Shown here: positions 30,979-39,957 of the stretch, piece by piece | Position numbering within the stretch: position 1 is the first letter of the stretch | Layout of the letters: every line of letters begins with the position of its first letter | From: an uncultured bacterium | GTDB lineage: Bacteria; Chloroflexota; Anaerolineae; Anaerolineales; UBA4823 | DNA: 64,000 nucleotides | Assembly: GCA_965603285.1 (NCBI GenBank) | Contig: CBFDCK010000001.1 | Coordinates: 14,152-78,151, forward strand | Reading direction: 5' to 3' | Notes under the pieces: model-generated | What the model was told of the DNA's origin: nothing | Seen by the model: the letters and a program-made list of their open reading frames with translations, nothing else | The model's database searches: none | Position numbers and translations under genes: made by a program

Positions 30979-31061
30979 CGGATCGGGGAGAAGCGGATTG
31001 TCTTTATACCTTATCCCATAGCCCCTGACCATTCCTGCCCAATATATTAAGGAGACGATAT

Positions 31062-32966
31062 ATGACTGATAAAAAGATAGGTCGCCAGTATGGTCTTTGG
31101 GACAGCCCAATTTCTCCCATTAGTTTGGCACGCGTGATGAGTTTTGGGGATGTTGCTTGGGATGATAGCGGTAACCTGGTGTGGTTGGAGATGCGTTCTG
31201 ACCGAGGGGTTTTGATGGTGCAGCCCCCGGATGGTGAGGCGATGCGCGAGCTTAACAGCGAGTTCTCTGTGCGTGCGAAGGTGGGATATGGTGGTGGCGA
31301 TTTTTGCGTCGGGCATGGAAACGTATATTTCGTAGAAGCGGGATCGGGGAGAATTTACCGCCAGCCCTTGGCTTCGGGGGTTGCGCATCCAGTCACCCCG
31401 GCTTTCGGGAGTTCAGCTTCGCCAAAACTCTCACCGGATGGACGCTGGTTGATGTTCGTGCGTTCGTATGAAGAGCAGGATACGCTCGAAATTGTCGATG
31501 CAGGTGGGAAATACTGGCCGCAGAAATTAGTCAGTGGTAATGATTTCTACATGCAGCCCGCGTGGCATCCTGAGGGTCAACGCATCGTATGGATCGCATG
31601 GAATCATCCCAACATGCCGTGGGATGGGACCCAACTGCACATAGGAAAGCTGCAGGTGGACGAGGGCTTTCTACCAACTCTGATAGAAGAGAAAACAGTG
31701 GCAGGAGACGTGGAGACCTCCATATTCCAGCCTGAGTTTTCCCCTGATGGTCGTTATCTTGCGTACGTAAATGATGAGACCGGATGGTGGCAGCTCTATT
31801 TGTACGATCTATCCAGCGGCGAAGTACGCCAGGTTACGGATGCTCTGGCTGAACATGGGCATCCCGCCTGGATTCAGGGATTGCGAACTTACAATTTCGG
31901 CTCAGATGGCACGACCTTGTTCTTCCTGCGCAACGAATCTGGTTTCATCTACCTCTGGCAAATCGACCTGTCCTCCGGTAAAGAGCAGCGACTGCTGTTG
32001 GATGGCGGATATACATTCCTGGATCAGATCAGCGTGAGAGAGGACTACCTGGCGCTGATAGCTTCGGGTGGGAGGCAGCCTCCTCGGGTTATCACCTATC
32101 GACCGGCGGACGATGGATCCAGCGGTGATACACACGTTTGCCGGCGCGGGACTTCGGAGGAGCTGCCCGAGGACGCTTATTCAAAACCGGGGGCAATCGA
32201 ATGGCTGGGCATGGATGGGGGAACCGTGCATGGCCTGTATTATCCACCTCATAATGAACGTTTTGAGGGGGTGGGAACTCCGCCTCTGATTGTCCGTATT
32301 CACGGCGGTCCGACCAGTCAAACTCGAGATAAGTTCAATCTAACAGCACAATTTTTCACCAGCCGCGGTTACGCCGTATTGGAGGTGAATTATCGCGGCA
32401 GCACCGGCTACGGGAGGGTGTATCGCGATAAACTGCGGGGCAATTGGGGGGTTTATGACGTAGAAGACGCTGTCAGCGGAGCCAGACACCTGGTAGAAGG
32501 GGGTTTGGTGGATGAAAATCGTTTGACGATCATGGGAGGCAGCGCCGGTGGTTTTACAGTGCTCAAGGCGCTGGAGGACTACCCAGGGTTCTTTACTGCC
32601 GGCATCTGCCTGTATGGAGTTTCCAACCAGTTCACCCTGGCTTCTGATACCCATAAGTTTGAAGCTCATTATTCAGATTCGCTGCTCGGTACGTTGCCGG
32701 AAACCTCTGATCTTTACCGCGAGCGCTCCCCCATCTTTTTCGTCGACAAGATCCAGGATCCAATCGCTATCTTTCAGGGCGAAGATGATGTGGTGGTGCC
32801 GCGCCTCCAGTCGGACGAGGTGGTGGAATCGCTGCAGAAGCGGGGCGTGCCGCATGTGTACCACGTCTACCCGGGGGAGGGACATGGTTTTCGGAAATCC
32901 GAGACCATTGAGCATTTTTATAACGAGGTGGAGAAGTTCTTGCGGCAGTATGTGATTTTTTCTTGA
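31062..32966 (+). CDS. S9 family prolyl oligopeptidase/acylaminoacyl peptidase
   Basis: Beta-propeller N-terminus, 'HGGP', 'GGSAGG', 'D.VV', 'EGHGF'. Confidence 0.92.
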   Translation: MTDKKIGRQYGLWDSPISPISLARVMSFGDVAWDDSGNLVWLEMRSDRGVLMVQPPDGEAMRELNSEFSVRAKVGYGGGDFCVGHGNVYFVEAGSGRIYRQPLASGVAHPVTPAFGSSASPKLSPDGRWLMFVRSYEEQDTLEIVDAGGKYWPQKLVSGNDFYMQPAWHPEGQRIVWIAWNHPNMPWDGTQLHIGKLQVDEGFLPTLIEEKTVAGDVETSIFQPEFSPDGRYLAYVNDETGWWQLYLYDLSSGEVRQVTDALAEHGHPAWIQGLRTYNFGSDGTTLFFLRNESGFIYLWQIDLSSGKEQRLLLDGGYTFLDQISVREDYLALIASGGRQPPRVITYRPADDGSSGDTHVCRRGTSEELPEDAYSKPGAIEWLGMDGGTVHGLYYPPHNERFEGVGTPPLIVRIHGGPTSQTRDKFNLTAQFFTSRGYAVLEVNYRGSTGYGRVYRDKLRGNWGVYDVEDAVSGARHLVEGGLVDENRLTIMGGSAGGFTVLKALEDYPGFFTAGICLYGVSNQFTLASDTHKFEAHYSDSLLGTLPETSDLYRERSPIFFVDKIQDPIAIFQGEDDVVVPRLQSDEVVESLQKRGVPHVYHVYPGEGHGFRKSETIEHFYNEVEKFLRQYVIFS

Positions 32967-32991
32967 TGTTCAAACTCTCGTACGAAACAAT

Positions 32992-33150
32992 GAGATTCTT
33001 CACTCCATTCAAAATAATAGACCGGGTCGTGTCATTCCGTACGCAGTGATGAATCCCTGCAGCGATGGACGTATTGCTGCCTATGCTGGTATGAAATAGC
33101 GATATGCCTCAGGTTTTTCTTCACTCCTCTGGGCTCCGTTCAGAATGGCA
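32992..33150. repeat. REP-like imperfect palindromic repeats
   Basis: gattcttcactccattcaaaat, tgtcattccgtacgcagtgatgaatcc and ttcttcactc..ctccgttcagaatggca; a further copy lies at 34502-34527. Confidence 0.5.
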
Positions 33151-33204
33151 TCCCATAACTTTTATATTGATAGTGTGCCAGCATCAAAATTGTTATACGG
33201 TGGT

Positions 33205-34116
33205 TTATCCGGCTGGTGGTGTGATGTCCGTCGATTCGTCAGCCGTTGACTCATCTCCCCCCTCAGGTACGATTTTTGAACCGAACATCGAAGCGTAAAC
33301 CCTGGTAAAGACCGCTCCGAAGAGAAATATCTGGGCGAATATATAAAATGCGATCAGCAGAACGGCTACTGCTCCGGCGGCCGCTACAGCAGAGGTAATG
33401 TTGCTGTAAGTGAAGTAGATCCCTAAAAGCCAACCGCCCAGCGCCATTAAAACTGCCGTCACGATTGAACCCACCCCCACATCTCCCCAGCCAATATCGA
33501 CATCAGGTAGATATTTATAAACCAGAGCAATCGAGATGGTCATCAACCCAAAAACAGCGATGAGAGTTATGAAAGAGACCGGGCTGCCTAGGTCAATATA
33601 TGTCTGTAAGAATGAAACGATGATACTGGCTACCGTAGCAACTATCATCAAGAAGCCTAAGCCGATGACCATCAGGAAAGCCATCAGGCGGCTTTTTATC
33701 AAGGTAAGCGTCTCTTGTTTTTCAGCAACCGGGACCTTCCAGATCGTGTTGAGGGCGTACTGCAGTTGGAAGAATAGCATCGAGGCGGCGAAGATCAAGG
33801 CGATGTAGCCGATCAGGGTTGTTAAAGTCGAGCCCCCAGTCGTAGTTTGTGAGATACTTAGTACGGTCTCTTGAATATACTGGGCTGCTTCAGCACCTAA
33901 AGTGTTTTCGACCCGCTTTATTATTTCACCGACCAGTGCCTGTACGTCGATGAACAATGAGGCGATGGTGAAGGCGATAAAGATTGCCGGAGCGAAGGAA
34001 AATAGGGAATAGTAAGCCAGCGCAGCCGCTAATGTGCTCGGTCGTTCGGTGACCCAGATGTGATAGAGCTCCTTCAGGAATTTGATGATTGATTCAGATT
34101 TACTCATCGCGCTCAC
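33205..34116 (-). CDS. YihY/BrkB family membrane protein
   Basis: 'LAAALAYYSLFS..P', 'ALNTIW', 'YKYLP', 'QIFLFGA'. Confidence 0.9.
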   Translation of the reverse strand: MSAMSKSESIIKFLKELYHIWVTERPSTLAAALAYYSLFSFAPAIFIAFTIASLFIDVQALVGEIIKRVENTLGAEAAQYIQETVLSISQTTTGGSTLTTLIGYIALIFAASMLFFQLQYALNTIWKVPVAEKQETLTLIKSRLMAFLMVIGLGFLMIVATVASIIVSFLQTYIDLGSPVSFITLIAVFGLMTISIALVYKYLPDVDIGWGDVGVGSIVTAVLMALGGWLLGIYFTYSNITSAVAAAGAVAVLLIAFYIFAQIFLFGAVFTRVYASMFGSKIVPEGGDESTADESTDITPPAG

Positions 34117-34501
34117 CTATCTTCTATTTGAAAAAAAATTATAAAAACCAATTCATGCCGTTTCGATTAGAAAATGCATCCTACCTTCACAGGTGCAACG
34201 CACTTATTGTACTAGACTTCAATTTTAATCGCACTTGATATGATCCGGTGTGGTGATATCCTCATCGAGATAGACTCGATTGGGTAAATCATGCTGTTCT
34301 CATCCCGCCATCTTAGTCGTGGTCTATGAGTTAAGTTCCCGGCGTGAGCACACCTACAGCACCGGCGACGGCCTCGATCCTAAGCGGCGTCTCGCCCCAC
34401 AACTCGCCGCCCAGATGGATGAGCTGAGGTGGGTCGGTTTCGATAATGTAGGGTTAGATGTGTTACTGCTTTTGCTGGTACGAAATTGTGGCGCGTTATG
34501 G

Positions 34502-34527
34502 GGATTCTTCGCTCCGTTCAGAATGAC
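34502..34527. repeat. REP-like repeat copy
   Basis: ggattcttcgctccgttcagaatgac matches the copies at 32992-33150. Confidence 0.5.
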
Positions 34528-34936
34528 GATAAGGGGCACGTCTCTTCGGAGATGCTAATGACAGGCAGTAAAGAAAAATATCCATTAGTTGTTCATTCCA
34601 TCAAATTATACTTGTCGCTAGCTATCAATTAGTCGAGGTTAGGATTGGTGGAGTTCCCCTGGTTGATCATATCCCCGGTATGCGTGCCGTATGGCACTGC
34701 CCCCCATTGATCAACACAGATACTTGCGTTCCAACAGGGTCTACAATCCGGGGATACCCCTGCACTGGGTTAACCCTGGTTCGCAGACCCCTCAATCGTA
34801 CACGTCCCCATAACTTTTCGTCACAACAGGTTCTATGCCCTCGGCGCTATGTGGTGGAGTAAACCTCAAGGGTGCCATAGATCTCCTGTTTAGAAAGCTA
34901 ATAAAATTTCGCTTCGGAATCTTCCCAAGGATTAGA

Positions 34937-35473
34937 TCACGTAGTACGCAGCCGGAAAGCCATCACTACGGCTGCAATTCCGCCGAAGATGAATGTAAAG
35001 CCCAATACCCACGGCAAAAGAGCAACTGCGATCACTGTGTTGCCCAGCAGGATAATGCCGAAAATGATACTCAGCACACCCAGGATACCGACACCCCAAC
35101 CAGCACCACTGAAAGCCTGGACGAGGTTCACGATACCCATGATGATTCCGCCGATGCCTAGCATAATGATGGCCGTCGCCGATACCACAAACGTGCTCCC
35201 AACGGGGTACTGGAGGATATAGATTCCAGCCAAAATACCGATGATGCCGGCGAACAGCTTCCAGCCCCACATTGAATGATCAAGGAAGATGCTGACGATA
35301 AGAAAAATCCCCTTGATGAACCAGTAGATACCCAGGACAAAAACCATGGAAACCATTCCCACCCCGGGTTTCGCCAGTAAAAGGGCACCCAGGAGGATGG
35401 CGAGGATGCCTTCAATCAGGACCAGCCACCAATGCACTTGTCTGGTTTCTAGCTCTAAAGCTTCTTCTGTCAT
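34937..35473 (-). CDS. HdeD/DUF308 family membrane protein
   Basis: 'WWLVLIEGIL.ILLG.LLL..P' and repeated helical hairpins; AAGGAG RBS. Confidence 0.85.
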   Translation of the reverse strand: MTEEALELETRQVHWWLVLIEGILAILLGALLLAKPGVGMVSMVFVLGIYWFIKGIFLIVSIFLDHSMWGWKLFAGIIGILAGIYILQYPVGSTFVVSATAIIMLGIGGIIMGIVNLVQAFSGAGWGVGILGVLSIIFGIILLGNTVIAVALLPWVLGFTFIFGGIAAVVMAFRLRTT

Positions 35474-35757
35474 TGTTGTCTCCTTTAGTATAAAAATTTC
35501 ATGGATTGAAGTTGTGCAGCTCCACCACGCGCGCCTTCTTATCGAGCGATATTAGAGAGCGTGCAGCTTGTTGGAACTTAAAAGCTTAACCTATTATAAA
35601 TGAAAAAATAAAGTTGGGGAGAGTCGAATTTTGTGCTATCGAGACCGCTGTAATTACACATACCCGCAGGAACTGCCGAAGGTGGAACATGGCAGTTCTG
35701 CGGGTATAAATTGTACGAATTGTTCTGCGAGAGTTCGCGTTGGTTCTGGAGGGTGGA

Positions 35758-36579
35758 CTATTCCTCTGCGTCGGCGTCTTCAAGCGCCTCGCCGACACCG
35801 GCCAGCGTTTCTGTTGCGCCCAATTCGGCTGAGCCTTCGGCGACTTCGGCTACCCCTTCCACAGCCAGGTCTTCGGCGGCCTCGCGCATACCCTTGGCTG
35901 CCGCTACCTCAACCATACCTTCAGCAGTCAGTTCGGCGCCGGCTTCCCCAAGTTCATCGCTCCGGACGGCAATACCGTCGGCTACGGCGAGTCTAGTGAG
36001 ACCCTCTGCTATCTCGTTGGCGCCCAAATCCGCTATATCTGCGCCGCTGGCGCTTATAGCGGCTGAAAGCGCCCGCGTAGCGCCGAAGCGCAGTATTGTG
36101 TCTACGGACAGGTCCTGCAGTTCATCGCTTTTAGAATCAAGAAAAGCGGACATCACCGGTAAACCCAAGATGTCTGCCACATCCCCAACAGCTTCAAGCT
36201 GCCCGGCAATAGAGGCTAACTGCATACCTAGCGCCAGGTCTTCCTCGCTCATTGAGCCGACAATTGCGCTCTGCACGGCGATATCATCGGAGGTTGCCAA
36301 CAGGTCGGCGCCTTCGGAAATATCGGTAATACCGGCAATCCCCACGACACCGCTCAGCACTGCGGCGCGATCAGCAATCGCCATGGCATCTATGCCGCGC
36401 GTGACGTCGCTGGCGCCAGCAGCCAGGGCTGCCCGGCTTGCCATCCCTACATCAGCGGCAGCATCCAGAGTCTCCATGCCCTCTATGACTTCTTCGATAC
36501 CCTCTTCTGCCATCTCTGCGCTCGCGGCTTCGACGGCTTCCGTGGTTTCCTGCAATTCATCCTTATACTCATCATTCAT
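35758..36579 (-). CDS. very acidic Ala/Glu/Gly-rich repetitive protein, function unknown
   Basis: AGGAGA RBS, 273-aa ORF with recurring 'AEG..EV.EG' units. Confidence 0.7.
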   Translation of the reverse strand: MNDEYKDELQETTEAVEAASAEMAEEGIEEVIEGMETLDAAADVGMASRAALAAGASDVTRGIDAMAIADRAAVLSGVVGIAGITDISEGADLLATSDDIAVQSAIVGSMSEEDLALGMQLASIAGQLEAVGDVADILGLPVMSAFLDSKSDELQDLSVDTILRFGATRALSAAISASGADIADLGANEIAEGLTRLAVADGIAVRSDELGEAGAELTAEGMVEVAAAKGMREAAEDLAVEGVAEVAEGSAELGATETLAGVGEALEDADAEE

Positions 36580-36751
36580 GTCAGTTTCTCCTAAAAAAAT
36601 TTTTATAACTAATTATCTGAACCAGTGCTTGGTTCTATTCTACCGCAGGTTGCCGCTTACTGAGATTAACTATTTAAGAAAATTCTTTACCAAACCCACT
36701 GCATCTGCGACTATTCCTGCGCCACCAGGTGCTGCACCTTCGGTGTAGGCT

Positions 36752-37441
36752 TTATTTCTCATTCCCCTTGATTATCCTGGCGTGGTTTTCTAGTTTGTCC
36801 CGGTCCGTGATCATAAATTCAGTGCGCTTGATATGGATGCTGCCCTCTTCAGCCAGGCGATACAGCACCCGGCATACAGTCTCGCGAGTGCTTCCAATGC
36901 GAGCTGCCATTTCATCTAGGGTCAAGTCACGAGCCACATAATCTTCCACCGCATCGCCATAACGATCCAATAACAAGTTCGCCAAACGACCGGCGACCGG
37001 TTGAAAAGCCAACACTTCCACCATCTCACTAGCTGTCTGCATACGCGTGACCATCTGTCGAGATAACTCCCAGGACATGTGACCATTACCCAGTAAATAA
37101 GGTAAAAAATGGTCGCGTGACCATAAATGGATGCGGCATGCTTCCCCCGCAACAAGCGCAACCGGCATTGGAGTAGTATCCAAAAAGAATGCTAACCCCT
37201 AAAAAGTTTCCCCAGGTCTGATTGTAGCGATGAGCAGGCTGCGACCTTCGAATGACTCTTTAATGGCGGAGACTCTGCCATTCTCAACGATAAATAGATA
37301 CGGCCAGATATCCCCATAATGGGTGATCCATTGGTCCTTTAGATAATTGCGCGAGATAGCCAAGCCAGCCAGGTTGGCTCGATCGCTGTCACTCAGGTGG
37401 GCATAAATGGGATTCTGTGACAGCAGTTGGGTTACTTTCAT
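36752..37441 (-). pseudogene. Crp/Fnr family regulator interrupted by an in-frame TAG at 37199-37201
   Basis: ORFs 37199-37441 and 36752-37183 share a frame: 'PGETF*GLAFF'; cNMP-like N domain and HTH 'LTLDEMAARIGSTRETVCR'. Confidence 0.85.
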
Positions 37442-37574
37442 ATATTATTCCATTATAAGATCATGCAGCATCCAACAATCGCTGGGAGTATGTGTGATCC
37501 CTCTTATCCTGCATTCGGGTTGCTTTTTATAATGCCTCTAAATTTGCGTTTAGGCAAAGATATTTTACCTGGTT

Positions 37575-37590
37575 TGTGATATTTATTACA
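37575..37590. promoter_or_regulatory. CRP/FNR-type operator
   Basis: TGTGA-tattta-TTACA between the divergent Crp/Fnr gene and the membrane operon. Confidence 0.6.
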
Positions 37591-37659
37591 TAGGTTATTG
37601 ATTATACCCAAATCCAATTCTTATTTCCCCAAATTCATCCTATGCTTAGGAGGCATAAA

Positions 37660-38559
37660 ATGCAAGCAACTCCGCAAAAAAACCGTACTGTTATGGCTAT
37701 CATCGCCGTGGTGATCGGTCTACTCATGGTGGCTGTGATTCCCTTTATAGTACAGACGTCCCTGGAAAGAGTATTAGTCCATTTGATGGCACATATTGCT
37801 GCTGGCAATCCAGCTTTCACCAGTGGGCTTACACTCTTCGATTTCTTCTATCCTGTCTGGCGAGCCGTCATCTTTGTGGCTGGCGTGACCTTACTGGTCA
37901 TCGCGACGCAAATCAAGAAAGGAGAAGAATGGACCTACCCCCTGTCTATGGCGCTTTTCGCCCTGCCAGCGATTGGCGGCATGTTTATGTTTTTGCCCTA
38001 TATCAGCTTTGTTTCCGGCTTCCCACTGCCGATGGTCATCTCGTTCATTGGATTAACGGGTTACTGGGCATTCATCTTCCTGCGTAAAGCCGAGACAATG
38101 GTGAAGTGGACGCGCTTCGGTGCACTGACCTTCATCGGTATGTTGTCCACCCACGCATTTACCATTGGTATCGGCGCCCAACGCACAATGTGGACCCGCC
38201 CTGGTCATCCCTTATACCCGGATTTTACATGGTGGCTGTTCAACTGGGTTGGCGAAGTAAACTGGGTTGCGGTCATTCTACTTTTCCTGTCTATCCCACT
38301 GCTGGCCGTTGGCAGGCGTAAAGGCTGGTGGCTGGCCGTAATCGGGACGATCTCAATCCTGATGATCAATATCCCGACGCAATTCTTCCGTACGAAAACG
38401 CTGGACTATCTCTACGGCGCGATTCTTGGCATTGGTGTGTTGGTCTTCCTTATGGTGCCCTATTTCAAAAAACACCTGCTCACAGTCGAAGCCTCTGAAA
38501 CAGATGCAGAGGCGGCAACAGAAGCAGAAGAAGAAATAGAGGCAGGAGAGACGACATAA
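37660..38559 (+). CDS. uncharacterised ~8-TM membrane protein
   Basis: AGGAGG RBS before ATG 37660; hydrophobic segments; acidic tail. Confidence 0.75.
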   Translation: MQATPQKNRTVMAIIAVVIGLLMVAVIPFIVQTSLERVLVHLMAHIAAGNPAFTSGLTLFDFFYPVWRAVIFVAGVTLLVIATQIKKGEEWTYPLSMALFALPAIGGMFMFLPYISFVSGFPLPMVISFIGLTGYWAFIFLRKAETMVKWTRFGALTFIGMLSTHAFTIGIGAQRTMWTRPGHPLYPDFTWWLFNWVGEVNWVAVILLFLSIPLLAVGRRKGWWLAVIGTISILMINIPTQFFRTKTLDYLYGAILGIGVLVFLMVPYFKKHLLTVEASETDAEAATEAEEEIEAGETT

Positions 38560-38633
38560 TTAGTTTGAACGAAACTTACAATCAGTTGCAAAGACTTCCC
38601 ACCGGAACGTTTCTGCACTAATAAGGAGTAGTC

Positions 38634-39434
38634 ATGAAATTCTTAAAAAACAACAATAGATTTGGCGCAGTCCTGGCTGTTGTTGGCATTCTGACCGGGT
38701 TGCTTGCTCTTTATTTGCTCGTCAGTATATACAATATCAATATCGAAGGGAAAATCGCCGATGGGCGTCCAGATGAAGCCATTACTGTGCAAATCGTTTT
38801 TGCCATGCTCGGTTGGTTGGGTGCTTCCGCTGGAGCGCTCTGGATTGCAGTACTGTATGGCTTCCTGAACAAAGCAAATTGGGCCTGGTTCTGGGGCACG
38901 GTCGCGGCCACCGTACAACTTCTTGTTGGCTTTTTCCCGATGATTCCAGCTGCCAGCATTGGTTTGCCCACGCCAACGATTTGGGTATTCCTGATTGCAT
39001 TCGTTTTGTGGTTCGGGATGCTCTTCATAGGCGGGGTGGATCTGAAAATTATTGCGCTTGCTTTCGTCAGCGGCTTGGCTTATGTGCTGACCTATATTGA
39101 TGGTGTCGGTGCGATTTCACGCTTCCAGACCGAATCAGAAGGTTTTGTGAACGGTATGTACGCTATGTCGCAAATGGTCAATTGGTGGGGCGCGGCGGCC
39201 TGGGCTGTCTTCATCTTTGCGCTGATCAAACGTAAATCGTGGACCATTCCCATGGGTGTCTTTGCCGCGTCCATGTCGATGTTTGGCGGCTATCCCGTCG
39301 GACTGACAGATGTGATCGCCATTAAGGGAGGCTTCTCCATGTTTCTGGTTGCACCTATCGTCAGCACAGGACTGCTGATATATTTGTTGCTGCCAGGCAC
39401 GAAAAAGATGCTCGCTGAATGGCAAAACAAATAG
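38634..39434 (+). CDS. uncharacterised ~8-TM membrane protein, probable distant paralog of the previous gene
   Basis: AAGGAG RBS; similar layout ('K.NWAW', 'KRKSW', 'FFPMIP' vs 'FLPYI'). Confidence 0.75.
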   Translation: MKFLKNNNRFGAVLAVVGILTGLLALYLLVSIYNINIEGKIADGRPDEAITVQIVFAMLGWLGASAGALWIAVLYGFLNKANWAWFWGTVAATVQLLVGFFPMIPAASIGLPTPTIWVFLIAFVLWFGMLFIGGVDLKIIALAFVSGLAYVLTYIDGVGAISRFQTESEGFVNGMYAMSQMVNWWGAAAWAVFIFALIKRKSWTIPMGVFAASMSMFGGYPVGLTDVIAIKGGFSMFLVAPIVSTGLLIYLLLPGTKKMLAEWQNK

Positions 39435-39626
39435 GGAACTGGCGGAAAGAATAAACGGATCGTCATCGATCAAGACCGCTGCACATCCTGCCATCGTTGC
39501 GATGCCGATTGTCCGGTCGATATTGCACCCATCCCAGAAAATATGCGCAGCCTTGAATGTGTGCAATGCCTGGAGTGCATTGAAACCTGTACCAGTCCCG
39601 ATGCCATCGATTTACGCCTGGGCTAA
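39435..39626 (+). pseudogene. 2x[4Fe-4S] ferredoxin domain (NapH/FixG C-terminal-like) without its own start codon
   Basis: Hand translation GTGGKNKRIVIDQDRCTSCHRCDADCPVDI...ECVQCLECIETCTSPDAIDLRLG*; in frame with the TAG of 38634-39434; absent from the ORF track. Confidence 0.75.
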
Positions 39627-39957
39627 ACTTCTTATTACCCATGCGGTCCCAATATTATTGGTGCAACCTCCATCTTTGCCCATCCCGACGATGAGTTATA
39701 TCACTCCGGAGGCACTCTGGCGCTGCTTGTCAGAAAGGGTGCACCAAAGACATCTAAGCAAATTGAGCAAGTTTAGATTCAACTTGTCACTTGTCAAAGA
39801 CATAAAGCCCGCGCTGTGGTAAATTTGTACAGGCAACGCAGCGTGGGCTGCTTTTTCGTAAAAGATGTGCATAGGATGCACAAAGCAAATCAATTCTGTG
39901 TTGTTTGAATATCCTGCGGACTTCTGGTTACTTTTCGTTTGCACTGGAGTGAACTTT

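Noticed and set aside
30950..31030. gggataa heptamer repeats and the complementary ccttatccc
   Set aside because: Short low-complexity hairpin; no function can be supported
34280..34558. 92-aa ORF between yihY and hdeD
   Set aside because: No RBS or recognisable motif; runs through a repeat
35711..36748. 345-aa Ser/Ala-rich plus-strand ORF
   Set aside because: Antisense shadow of the acidic protein, which has the RBS
36670..36750. Minus-strand 'AYTEG...ADAVGLVKNFLK*', faintly like a corrinoid-protein C-terminus
   Set aside because: Too short and degenerate
39807..39858. Hairpin plus T-tract upstream of the 12-TM gene, possible riboswitch terminator
   Set aside because: Large loop and no recognisable aptamer
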